Below, piece after piece: positions 16,430 through 24,299 of a DNA stretch of 28,232 bases. Numbering within the stretch: position 1 is the first letter of the stretch; each line of letters begins with the position of its first letter. A program made the position numbers and the translations under genes. The notes beneath the pieces are model-generated. The model worked only from the letters and a program-made list of their open reading frames with translations. It was not told the DNA's origin and ran no database searches. Origin of the DNA: Candidatus Iainarchaeum sp. (GTDB taxonomy: Archaea > Iainarchaeota > Iainarchaeia > Iainarchaeales > GCA-2688035); contig JAQTNI010000014.1 in NCBI GenBank assembly GCA_028713935.1, positions 1 through 28,232 of the forward strand, given 5' to 3'.

Positions 16430-16732
16430 TTGAAGGTGAGTTTTTTGAAGGTAAAAGAATTAAAGCCAATGCAGGGAATCAGCGAGATTCAGCTTGAAAT
16501 TGTTTCAAAGGCAGAGCCGAGGCCTTTTGCAACTGAGCGAGGCTCTGGAACTGTCTGCAGCTGTGCCGCAAAAGACGATACTGGAGAAGTGCAGGTTACC
16601 TTGTGGAATGAGCAATGCAACCAGTTTGAAGAAGGCGACAAAATAACAATTACTGAGGGCTGGTGCTCTTTGTTCAAGGGGCAATTGCAGGTAAGCACTG
16701 GGAAAAAAGGAAAAATTGAAAAAAATAAATAA
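16430..16732 (+). CDS. OB-fold nucleic-acid-binding protein (RPA/SSB-like single OB)
   Basis: LEIVSKAEPRPFATERGSGTVCSCAAKDDTGEVQVTLWNEQCNQFEEGDKITITEGWCSLFKGQLQVSTGKKGKI. TTG start. Confidence 0.7.
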   Translation: MKVSFLKVKELKPMQGISEIQLEIVSKAEPRPFATERGSGTVCSCAAKDDTGEVQVTLWNEQCNQFEEGDKITITEGWCSLFKGQLQVSTGKKGKIEKNK

Positions 16733-16793
16733 ATCTGTTTTTAAGAATTTGGCTTTTAATTATTGTAAAATTATAAAAAACGGGGGCATTTTT

Positions 16794-17117
16794 ATGAAAG
16801 CACGGTTTGACCTTGTTGAAATTACACAGTCCTGGACAGGCGGCGGAAAAAAAACTGAAAACAAGAGTTTTGCAGTGGATGAAAATGAGGATTTTGATGC
16901 GCATCCAAAAACACAGAAGCCCTTGTTTACCCTTGTAAAAGCCACTCCTGAAAAGGTTTTAGTGCGTTACAGCAGGGAATTCACTTTGAAGGGGTATGAA
17001 CAGCCCCAGAGCAGGGAAACCTTGCTTGAAAAAGGCGAGACAAAGGAATTTTCCCATTTATGGGGCAACAATGGCCTTACAAAAAAACTGACTTTTGTTG
17101 GAATTGCCACAGAATAA
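16794..17117 (+). CDS. Hypothetical small protein
   Basis: ATG at 16794 (MKARFDLVEITQ...), 107 aa. No motif recognised. Confidence 0.5.
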   Translation: MKARFDLVEITQSWTGGGKKTENKSFAVDENEDFDAHPKTQKPLFTLVKATPEKVLVRYSREFTLKGYEQPQSRETLLEKGETKEFSHLWGNNGLTKKLTFVGIATE

Positions 17118-17430
17118 CCAAAAAAACTAATTCTGGTTAATCAGTAAATAAAAAAAAATTTTTTTGTTTCCAGAAAATTCTTGCCCAACTATCAGGGGGA
17201 TTGCGGATTTTTTGGATTTTTTCAAAAAAAACCTTAAAAAAAAATTCCAAACTAGCTAAGCGGGGTTTTGTAAACAAAAACAACCAAAAACCGCTTCTTG
17301 GGCAAAAAAAGCAAACCATTTTCCTGTTTTTGAAAATGATGTGGGGCATTTTATGCAAAAAGGCATGAAAAACCCAAAATAAAAAAAGAAAAAGATTTTT
17401 TCTTTAAGAAAAAAATTGCAGGAAAATCAG

Positions 17431-17739
17431 TTATGTATATGGTTTCTTTTTATTGTGTATCACAATTGGGCCTTTTGAGACTCCTTGCTTTGCAGTTCTG
17501 TGCTGAAACCCTGCTCTTGGCTTTCTTGGTTTTTCTCCACTGTCGTTTCTAACGACTGCGCGCCAATTGCTAAAAGGATTTGCACTTAATACCCTGAATG
17601 ATGTGGCCAATCTTGAAGTCAGGCTCATTTGCTTTGCTCTGTTGCCTTTGGACCCTGTAGCAACTATTTTTTTTCTTTTTCCGATTAATGTTGGCCTTAC
17701 CATGCAAAACACCTTCAGAATATTCTTGTTTTTTCCCAT
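17431..17739 (-). CDS. Hypothetical highly basic protein (uncertain)
   Basis: 102-aa Lys/Arg-rich ORF. I could not match it to any ribosomal protein family I recall. Confidence 0.3.
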   Translation of the reverse strand: MGKNKNILKVFCMVRPTLIGKRKKIVATGSKGNRAKQMSLTSRLATSFRVLSANPFSNWRAVVRNDSGEKPRKPRAGFQHRTAKQGVSKGPIVIHNKKKPYT

Positions 17740-17753
17740 TAATAATTATTTCC

Positions 17754-18044
17754 CTAATGCAAAAAAAATTCAGGTGCAACAAACAAAAGCACTGCCCCAA
17801 GTATTAACACTAAAAAGCCTTCATCCAGCTTTTGCCACATCACAAAAAGCGCAATTATTGGCAAAGCCAATGCCCATATGCTGTATCCCTGCTTTGCAAG
17901 CCAAAATCCCGCAAACATTCCGATTATTGCAAAAAAAAGCAGTACGCTTGCAACCTTTGCAGCCAGCACAGGAATTGCTTTTTTTGCGCCTGCAATAAAA
18001 TCGCCAAGAAAACTCATAAGTACCAATAATAAGCATTGTTCCAA
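17754..18044 (-). CDS. Hypothetical small membrane protein
   Basis: 96 aa with three hydrophobic helices. Several overlapping alternative ORFs look like junk. Confidence 0.45.
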   Translation of the reverse strand: MEQCLLLVLMSFLGDFIAGAKKAIPVLAAKVASVLLFFAIIGMFAGFWLAKQGYSIWALALPIIALFVMWQKLDEGFLVLILGAVLLFVAPEFFLH

Positions 18045-18086
18045 GATTATAAAAAATTAACTATTTACTGTTATTTTGTTAAATTG

Positions 18087-18596
18087 TCAGCTTATATAGG
18101 TTAGGTTTCCCTTGTCAAAGCCCTGCACAATAAAAATTTCAGGCTCTTTTTTTGGCAGCAAATCAATTCCCGAATAATGCAATCCAGGCAAGAATTTTTT
18201 AATATTTGTTGCAAGGCCTGTTGCCGGATGATTTTTCCCAAGCAGGCCAAGAGAAATTTTTATTGTCAATTCCCTTGTTTTTTGCTCATCAACAAAGCCA
18301 AGCGAATGAATATATTCATGCAGCAAAACATGGAAACAATACGGCTTGAAAAGTTTTGGGTTTGTTTCTTTTATCCTGCGCAGGGGAGTTGAGTTCATTA
18401 CAATCAGGTTTGAATCCAGCTCATGATAGCCCCCTATAAAACCGCCTGAATATTGGCCAAGCTCTGATATCCCCAGCATTAATCCTGCTCTTGCCCTGCC
18501 AAGGGTTTTCTCAGCTGCATCTTTTACTAGTTCAAAAATGTCTGAAAAATCAGAGCATTCCTCAAGCCTTTCCTCAAAATTTTTTTCCAAAATCAC
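18087..18596 (-). CDS. Putative zinc metallopeptidase (HExxH)
   Basis: A HEYIH motif (CFHVLLHEYIHSLGF) is present. The start lies 3 nt after the rhodanese stop. Confidence 0.65.
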   Translation of the reverse strand: MILEKNFEERLEECSDFSDIFELVKDAAEKTLGRARAGLMLGISELGQYSGGFIGGYHELDSNLIVMNSTPLRRIKETNPKLFKPYCFHVLLHEYIHSLGFVDEQKTRELTIKISLGLLGKNHPATGLATNIKKFLPGLHYSGIDLLPKKEPEIFIVQGFDKGNLTYIS

Positions 18597-18599
18597 ACC

Positions 18600-18941
18600 T
18601 TATAATTTTTCAATTGGGTATCCTGCCTGAACCCATTGTTTTTTGCCGCCTGCAAATTCCTTCACGTTTTGATAGCCCATATGCAAAAGAAAATGCGCTG
18701 CTGTTCCGCTTGCCCTGCAGGAAAAATCTGAACAATAAACAATTATTTCCTTTTCTTTTTCCAGTTCTTTTGAAGCCCTTTCAGGAAGCTCGCTGAGCGG
18801 GATGTTTATTGCGTTTGGCAAATGGCCCTGCCCATACTCTTCCCTGCTTAAAACTTCTACAAGCAAAAATTTTTCGCCATTGTCAATTTTTTCTTTGAGT
18901 TCTTCGCGTGAGATGACTGTAATTTGCCCATGCTTGTGCAT
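18600..18941 (-). CDS. Rhodanese-domain sulfurtransferase
   Basis: LVEVLSREEYGQGHLPNAINIP...IIVYCSDFSCRASGTAAHFLLHMGYQNVKEFAGG. Confidence 0.9.
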   Translation of the reverse strand: MHKHGQITVISREELKEKIDNGEKFLLVEVLSREEYGQGHLPNAINIPLSELPERASKELEKEKEIIVYCSDFSCRASGTAAHFLLHMGYQNVKEFAGGKKQWVQAGYPIEKL

Positions 18942-18952
18942 TAAATCACCAC

Positions 18953-19438
18953 TTATTTTGGCTTAAGGTTTTTTTCTCCGGGTTTCCAGTCAACTGGGCA
19001 GAGGCCTTTTGTCTGGAATGCTTTCAGCAGGCGCATTGTTTCTGAAACGCTTCTTCCAACATCCAGATTGTTTATTCCGATTGACTCAATTATTCCTTCG
19101 GGATTGATTATGAAAGTCGCCCTGAAAGCAATTCCTTCTTTTTTTTTCAGAATTCCATAAGCTTCTGAAACTTCTTTTGCCAGGTCGCTCAGCAATGGAA
19201 ATCCTATTTTTCCAAGCCCATCCGCAATCCAGGCCTTGTGGCTGTAAACACTGTCAACGCTCACGCCTAAAACAACTGCCCCTGCTTTTTTGAATTCTTC
19301 GAGCTGCGCATCAAACCCCTTTATTTCCGTTGGGCAAACAGCAGTAAAATCAAGCGGATAAAAAAACAAGACAACCCATTTTCCCCTGAATTCTTCAAGT
19401 GAAAACTTGCTGATTGTTTCTCCCTGGATTCCTTCCAA
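18953..19438 (-). CDS. Peroxiredoxin (AhpC/TSA family, 2-Cys-like); the true start is probably a few codons upstream
   Basis: WVVLFFYPLDFTAVCPTEI. The track start is TTG at 19438, but the conserved IGEKAPDFYLEG codons continue in frame up to the TGA at 19475-19477. Confidence 0.9.
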   Translation of the reverse strand: MEGIQGETISKFSLEEFRGKWVVLFFYPLDFTAVCPTEIKGFDAQLEEFKKAGAVVLGVSVDSVYSHKAWIADGLGKIGFPLLSDLAKEVSEAYGILKKKEGIAFRATFIINPEGIIESIGINNLDVGRSVSETMRLLKAFQTKGLCPVDWKPGEKNLKPK

Positions 19439-19474
19439 ATAAAAATCCGGTGCTTTTTCCCCAATCTGGACTAT

Positions 19475-19669
19475 TCAATCCCCTCTTTTTGAAAAATTTT
19501 TTTTTGCGGAAACACAGCAATTTATTGCCTGTTTTTTGCCGCGATTTGTTTTGCCGCACTTATTGCAGACCAAAGAAATTTTTTTTTCCGCACAACAGTT
19601 ATTGGCTTCCTCTTTATTGTCATAAATGGAAGCGCATATTTCACATTCAAACTCAGGTTCATTGGCCAA
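19475..19669 (-). CDS. Cys-rich mini-protein with two CxxC-x12-CC modules
   Basis: CEIC-ASIYDNKEEANN-CC and CNKC-GKTNRGKKQAIN-CC. The start is TTG at 19669 (behind GGGTGG) or GTG at 19678. Its TGA stop is in frame with the peroxiredoxin gene. Confidence 0.55.
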   Translation of the reverse strand: MANEPEFECEICASIYDNKEEANNCCAEKKISLVCNKCGKTNRGKKQAINCCVSAKKNFSKRGD

Positions 19670-19768
19670 AAAAACCACCCTTTAAAAAATATTCAATTGC
19701 CAAATGATTATACACAATATGCTTTTTGGCGCTTAAATACCCCAAGTTTCCAAAAGGAAAGTGAAAAA

Positions 19769-20119
19769 ATGTCCGAAGCAAAAAAATGCACCTGGTGCAG
19801 TGACTGCCATCCTGGAGACTGCCCGATTGAAACAAGCCTGAAGTTTGTTGGAAAAAAATTTTCAATTCTTATTTTGAGGGAGCTTTTCAAGGAAAACAAG
19901 CCAATAAGATTCAATCATTTTCTAAGGGCAATAAGAAAGATAACCCCAAAAACACTTTCAACAAGGCTCAAAGAAATTGAAAAAAACGGCTTGATTAAAA
20001 AAACTGTTTTTTATGAAAAGCCATTGCGAGTGGAATATTCCCTGACAAAAAAAGGCCTTGGCTTAAGCGAAATAATGGAATCTCTTGCAGCCTGGGGGAT
20101 AAAACAGCACGGGGAATAA
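19769..20119 (+). CDS. HxlR-family transcriptional regulator with an extra Cys-rich N-terminus
   Basis: CPIETSLKFVGKKFSILILRELFKENKPIRFNHFLRAIRKITPKTLSTRLKEIEKNGLIKKTVFYEKPLRVEYSLTKKG, preceded by CTWCSDCHPGDC. It is divergent from the peroxiredoxin operon. Confidence 0.85.
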   Translation: MSEAKKCTWCSDCHPGDCPIETSLKFVGKKFSILILRELFKENKPIRFNHFLRAIRKITPKTLSTRLKEIEKNGLIKKTVFYEKPLRVEYSLTKKGLGLSEIMESLAAWGIKQHGE

Positions 20120-20120
20120 T

Positions 20121-20751
20121 TCAGGCAACACAATTTTTGTAATATGCACAGATTTTTTTCAGGCCGCATTTTTCGCAGAGAGGAGTGCGCGGCAAACAAA
20201 CTTTTTGGCCGAATCTCACCATTAAATGGTTTATTTCAATCCAATATTTTTTTGGAAAAATTTTTTTTAATTCCGCCTCTGTTTTTTCAGGGTTTTTTGT
20301 TTTAACAAGCCCAAGCCTGTTTGAAATTCTATGGACATGGACATCAACAGGCAAATCGGGCTTTTTGAAGCCATAAACAATTACACAGGCAGCTGTTTTC
20401 GGCCCAACCCCCGCAGATAAGCGAAAGCAGGTCTTTTTTTGTGCAAGGCACCCGACCATTGAATTTTTTTAAAAGCAAGGCACTGATTTTCTTAATCCTT
20501 CTTGCTTTTACCCTGTAAAAGCCGGCTTGCCTGATAAGTTTTTCAATTGCCCTGACAGGGGCTTTTGCAAGTGTTTTTGCATCAGGATGCCTTGAAAATA
20601 ATTGTTTTGCGGCTTTTTCTGTGTTTGCGTCTTTTGTCCTTTGTGACAAAATAGTTGAAATCAAAACCTTGAAAGGCGTTTCAAAGCCCACTGCTGGTTT
20701 TTTATCAGAGTATTTTCGCATCTCCTTGATAATCAAAAGAATTTTGTGCAT
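20121..20751 (-). pseudogene. nth: Endonuclease III (Nth) interrupted by a single frameshift
   Basis: ORF 20344..20751 carries LISTILSQRTKD...[31 protein letters not shown] 20121..20459 carries [12 protein letters not shown]...[14 protein letters not shown] and the Fe-S motif C-x6-C-x2-C-x5-C. The frames switch at about 20410-20420. Confidence 0.85.
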
Positions 20752-20830
20752 AAAAAAATTATTTGGCCTTGTTGAAAAAAAGCTATCGCTTGGCAGAAAC
20801 TTTTTATGCCAAACTGATTGCGATTGAAAA

Positions 20831-21037
20831 CTAAACTTGTTTTACAAGGTGCTTTATTGGGCTGCAGTATTCTTCTTTGCAGCTTGTAGAGCAAAACCTT
20901 CTGCTGTACAAATCAGCTTCTTCCATTATAAGGCGCCCGCAATTCATGCAATGTTTTTGCCTTTGCAGGCCAAAATAAGAAACTCTTCTCTGCACTTGTT
21001 GCGGAATTATTGATGTTGCTGTTGTTGTTAATTCCAA
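20831..21037 (-). CDS. Small Zn-ribbon protein (DUF2116-like)
   Basis: HCMNCGRLI...RRFCSTSCKEEY. The start is uncertain (TTG 21037, or ATG 21130 in the ORF track). Confidence 0.45.
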   Translation of the reverse strand: MELTTTATSIIPQQVQRRVSYFGLQRQKHCMNCGRLIMEEADLYSRRFCSTSCKEEYCSPIKHLVKQV

Positions 21038-21162
21038 AAACCCACCCAGATAAGTAAGTTTAATGGGCTTAAAAAGCCTTGCTGGTTTGAAAAACAAAAG
21101 AATAAAGCAAAAAAAACTGTTTTTTAACAATTTTTTTGCCTTACTAAAACAAGAATTTTATT

Positions 21163-21564
21163 TCAAAACTCTTCAGAGTCCTCTTCTTCAGGCTCTTCCA
21201 ATTCTTCTTCAGCCGCGTCTTCAGTTTCTCCAGAGGCTTCTGTTTCTTCCCCTTCCTGGGATTCTTCCGCCTCAGAAGATTCCGATTTTGCTTCTGAATC
21301 CTCTTTTGCCTCTGAACTTTCTTCTGCCTGTTTTGGCTCTCCCTCGCCAACCACTTCTGCAAAAGCAACTTTTCCCCTTACTGCGTTGACTTTTACCTTG
21401 ACATTGTCGCCTTTCTTGACGCCCGGGATTACCAAGACAAAACCCTGGATTTTTCCAATTCCATCGCCTTTTGTCCCGATGCCTTCTATTGTAACATCGT
21501 AGATTCCGCCTTCCTTTACTGGCTTTTCTCCGTATCCCTGATTATTGAATTTTCTGTATGGCAA
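21163..21564 (-). CDS. TRAM-domain protein with a long acidic C-terminal tail
   Basis: PVKEGGIYDVTIEGIGTKGDGIGKIQGFVLVIPGVKKGDNVKVKVNAVRGKVAFAEV followed by a tail of about 55 aa rich in Glu, Ser and Ala. TTG start at 21564, 7 nt after GGAGGTG. Confidence 0.85.
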   Translation of the reverse strand: MPYRKFNNQGYGEKPVKEGGIYDVTIEGIGTKGDGIGKIQGFVLVIPGVKKGDNVKVKVNAVRGKVAFAEVVGEGEPKQAEESSEAKEDSEAKSESSEAEESQEGEETEASGETEDAAEEELEEPEEEDSEEF

Positions 21565-21705
21565 ATTAATACACCTCCAAAGTGTGCAAAAAAATTTTAT
21601 GCAATCAAAAACAATTCTGCAGGGAAAGCACTGCTTAAACCCCCATCCTGCATAATTGAAAATCAATTGCATAAAATTCGTATTTAATTTATTTAAATTT
21701 TATTT

Positions 21706-21861
21706 CTATTCTTCCTTTCTTTTCCTGTTCAGGCCAAAATTTGCATATTTCCTGTATTTTGTCTTTGTCCAAGCCTCTGGCTGCTTTTTCCTGAGCTTGA
21801 ATTCCTCTTCAAGAAGCTTCAGCCTCATAGCTTCATCCATATTATTCAGACCCATGTTCAT
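21706..21861 (-). CDS. Possible 51-aa small protein
   Basis: MNMGLNNMDEAMRLKLLEEEFKLRKKQPEAWTKTKYRKYANFGLNRKRKEE. It is below the ORF-track cutoff and more protein-like than the overlapping plus-strand ORF 21656..21880. Confidence 0.3.
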   Translation of the reverse strand: MNMGLNNMDEAMRLKLLEEEFKLRKKQPEAWTKTKYRKYANFGLNRKRKEE

Positions 21862-21978
21862 ACAAAACCCCTTTTTTTAAGAAACCGATTCGCAAAAATC
21901 AGAAATCAAATCTAAGCTCTGTTCTAACCTATTATATGCCATAAAGTGTTTAAAAATATATTGTAATTCCTATATCAC

Positions 21979-22224
21979 ATGCAGGCAACGCATTTCAAGG
22001 AACCCCAGATAATTTTGGGCAAAGCAATCTTTTTTTTTATAATAGGCGCGGGCCTTGCCACTCTTTTCATGTGGGGCCTGATGCAAGGCATAAAAATGCA
22101 CTGGACAAATGACCAAAGCGCATTTATTTATTATTTTGCGGCCTGGCTAGCAGGAGTGGCAACAATCGCATTTTATGCCCAGGCAAAAAACCTTTTTCAT
22201 TATGCACAAATAACAAAGGAATAA
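21979..22224 (+). CDS. Hypothetical small membrane protein
   Basis: 81 aa with two clear hydrophobic helices. Confidence 0.5.
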   Translation: MQATHFKEPQIILGKAIFFFIIGAGLATLFMWGLMQGIKMHWTNDQSAFIYYFAAWLAGVATIAFYAQAKNLFHYAQITKE

Positions 22225-22242
22225 GAAGCAGCAAAAATAAGG

Positions 22243-22470
22243 CTATTTTTTTTTCTTCGGATTGGGGTTTTCAGTTGGGCCTGTGGCTTCCGATTCCAGA
22301 TTATCAAAAACCTTGTGCTGGTCCCATTCCTCAATGTCTTCCTTGTCAAGGCCAAGCTGGGAAAGCATTTTTTCATGCTCTTTCTTGTCAAGCTTGCCAT
22401 ACCATTCCTGCCAATCCTTGTCTTCCGGCTTTTCAATCTTGCCTTCTTTTTTGGATTTTAATGTGCGCAT
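22243..22470 (-). CDS. Hypothetical small charged protein
   Basis: 75-aa Lys/Glu/Asp-rich ORF. The overlapping plus-strand ORFs are Ser/Cys/Pro junk. Confidence 0.5.
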   Translation of the reverse strand: MRTLKSKKEGKIEKPEDKDWQEWYGKLDKKEHEKMLSQLGLDKEDIEEWDQHKVFDNLESEATGPTENPNPKKKK

Positions 22471-22576
22471 ATAATAAAAATTAAAATCAAAGAATTTAAA
22501 AAGATTCTACAAAGCCCTTTTCAAATAAAAAAACAAAAACCGAAGGTTAAAAAACAGAAAAAACAACTTCTTATTG

Positions 22577-23434
22577 ATGCGCGAAGAAAAAATTCTGGAT
22601 TCAGAAAAAAAAGCGCTTGCTGAAAGATTCAGGCAGGAACTTGTCATTGGGGGCTATTCCGCAAGGACAGCAAAAATGTACTGCCTTTACCTTGAAGAAT
22701 TCCTTTTTCGAACACCAAAAAAAGTTTCTGAAATACAACGCGAAGACATAGTCAATTTTCTTGCGCTAAAAAAAGAAACAGGCATGGCCGGCAACGCAAC
22801 TCTTTCACTGGTTCATTCAGCACTGAAATTCTTTTTTGAAAAATTGTTCAAAAACAAAATAATGGACGAAATAAGCATGCCAAAAAGGGCAAAAACGCTG
22901 CCAAGCGTGCTGACAAAAGCAGAGGTAAAAGCACTCATAAAAGCTGCAAAGAAAAAAAACAAGCGCCTTATAATAGAGCTTCTTTATTCTTCTGGCCTGC
23001 GTGTAAGCGAAGCAGTGAAACTAAAAACAGAAAACCTGAACCTCAAAGAAAGGACTGCGCGTGTTTCGGGCGGAAAGGGAAACAAGGACAGGACAGTAAT
23101 TCTTTCAAAATTCTGGATAAAAAAATTCAAAAAGTACCTGTCTAAAAGAAAAGTAAAAAGCCCCTTTGTTTTTGCAAAAAAAAATGGCTCTCCAATTTCA
23201 ACTGATTCCATTGAAAGGCTAGTAAAAAAAACAGCAAAAAAAGCAGGCATAGAAAAAAAAGTAACGCCCCACACTTTGAGGCATTCACATGCAACACACT
23301 TATTGGAAGCTGGAGAAAACATAAGGACAATACAGGAACTGCTTGGCCATTCCTCGCTTGCAACAACACAGATATACACCCATGTTTCCTCTGAAACCCT
23401 GAAAAAAGTAAAAAACCCCCTTGACAAGCTTTGA
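22577..23434 (+). CDS. xerA: Tyrosine recombinase, XerA/XerC/XerD-like
   Basis: An N-terminal SAM-like core-binding region (GYSARTAKMYCLYLEEFL) is present. The catalytic region contains GLRVSEAVKL...TPHTLRHSHATHLLEAGENIRTIQELLGHSSLATTQIYTHV. Confidence 0.9.
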   Translation: MREEKILDSEKKALAERFRQELVIGGYSARTAKMYCLYLEEFLFRTPKKVSEIQREDIVNFLALKKETGMAGNATLSLVHSALKFFFEKLFKNKIMDEISMPKRAKTLPSVLTKAEVKALIKAAKKKNKRLIIELLYSSGLRVSEAVKLKTENLNLKERTARVSGGKGNKDRTVILSKFWIKKFKKYLSKRKVKSPFVFAKKNGSPISTDSIERLVKKTAKKAGIEKKVTPHTLRHSHATHLLEAGENIRTIQELLGHSSLATTQIYTHVSSETLKKVKNPLDKL

Positions 23435-23517
23435 TGCCTCAAAAAGGCTTAAACGATCAGCCGTGATATTTGGTGTAGAAGGATAAAAAACATAACCACT
23501 ATTTTTTGGCAATTGCT

Positions 23518-23542
23518 GTGGCGCCAGGCAAATATGCGCCAC
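23518..23542. other. GC-rich perfect hairpin (7-bp stem, 11-nt loop)
   Basis: GTGGCGC-caggcaaatat-GCGCCAC, about 85 nt downstream of xerA. Function unknown. Confidence 0.3.
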
Positions 23543-23818
23543 AAGCCAATTTTATTTGCAGTTTCATTCTACAAAAACAAGAGGGGGCATTGTTCCGCTA
23601 ATAACCAAAAGCCATGAAAATGTGCCCTAAAAACAAAAAAACCAGTTATGTATATTACGGTTTTTTCCGGCTTTTAATTAATTTTTTTAAAAATTTAAAA
23701 TACGCGTTATGTATTTCGCACGGTTTTGAAATTTTTTTTTTAACAATAGATTTAAATACTAAAATGGCTTTTATTATTACTATATTTTTTTATTGTAAAA
23801 AATAGGAGGCAGGTTGCG

Positions 23819-24124
23819 ATGAGCACACTTTTATCAAAATTGTTCGGAATGGATATTTATACTGTGGAAGGGGAATATAAGGGAAAAATTTTTGACCTTA
23901 TAATTAACTTGGAAAAAGGCAGAATTGAAACTATAACCACAGAGCCTTTAAAAGCCAAGTCAAAACAGGAAGCCAAAAAAATCATAAGCGAAAAAAGCAT
24001 TCCTTACAGAAATGTCAGGTCTGCAAAAGACATTGTTGTTGTTGGCAGCGGCCCTGTTGCAGTTGAAGAGCCAGAAGAAGAACCTTCAAAGCCGACTCCA
24101 TACAAGTATTATAGAAGAAGATAA
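23819..24124 (+). CDS. PRC-barrel domain protein
   Basis: LFGMDIYTVEGEYKGKIFDLIINLEKGRIETI. ATG is 9 nt after GGAGG. Confidence 0.8.
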   Translation: MSTLLSKLFGMDIYTVEGEYKGKIFDLIINLEKGRIETITTEPLKAKSKQEAKKIISEKSIPYRNVRSAKDIVVVGSGPVAVEEPEEEPSKPTPYKYYRRR

Positions 24125-24299
24125 ACGTTTGTTTTTTGCCCTCTTTGCCTTCTTGCCTAGCTTTCATATTTAATTAAAAAAAACTCGATTTCTGAGAGGG
24201 TTTTAACACAAACCTTTTTATTTTTTTATGTTTAATTATTATACATAAACAGTCGTTAATAGTTATCTTATAATTAATTAGTGGAACAGTGGGGTGCCT

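Noticed and set aside
17431-17739. Interpretation of the basic 102-aa ORF as a ribosomal protein (L21e, L31e, L35Ae, S30e and others)
   Set aside because: I could not align it by eye to any ribosomal family signature, so it is kept only as a low-confidence hypothetical CDS.
13336-19477. Genome-wide TGA reassignment (alternative genetic code), suggested by open frames continuing after the TGA stops of the XRE gene (13336-13338) and the Cys-rich mini-ORF (19475-19477)
   Set aside because: Most genes end in TAA or TAG. The XRE protein ends at a natural position for its family at the TGA. No recognisable protein in this window needs an internal TGA to be read through. Only the peroxiredoxin junction stays suspicious, and it is reported separately.
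21656-21880. 74-aa plus-strand ORF (MKINCIKFVFNLFKFYFYSS...)
   Set aside because: Its product is Phe/Leu/Ser low-complexity sequence. The opposite strand contains a more plausible 51-aa ORF.
23435-23818. A dif-like Xer recombination site next to xerA
   Set aside because: I found no 11-6-11 type imperfect palindrome. The only clear structure is the GTGGCGC/GCGCCAC hairpin, which does not resemble known dif architecture.
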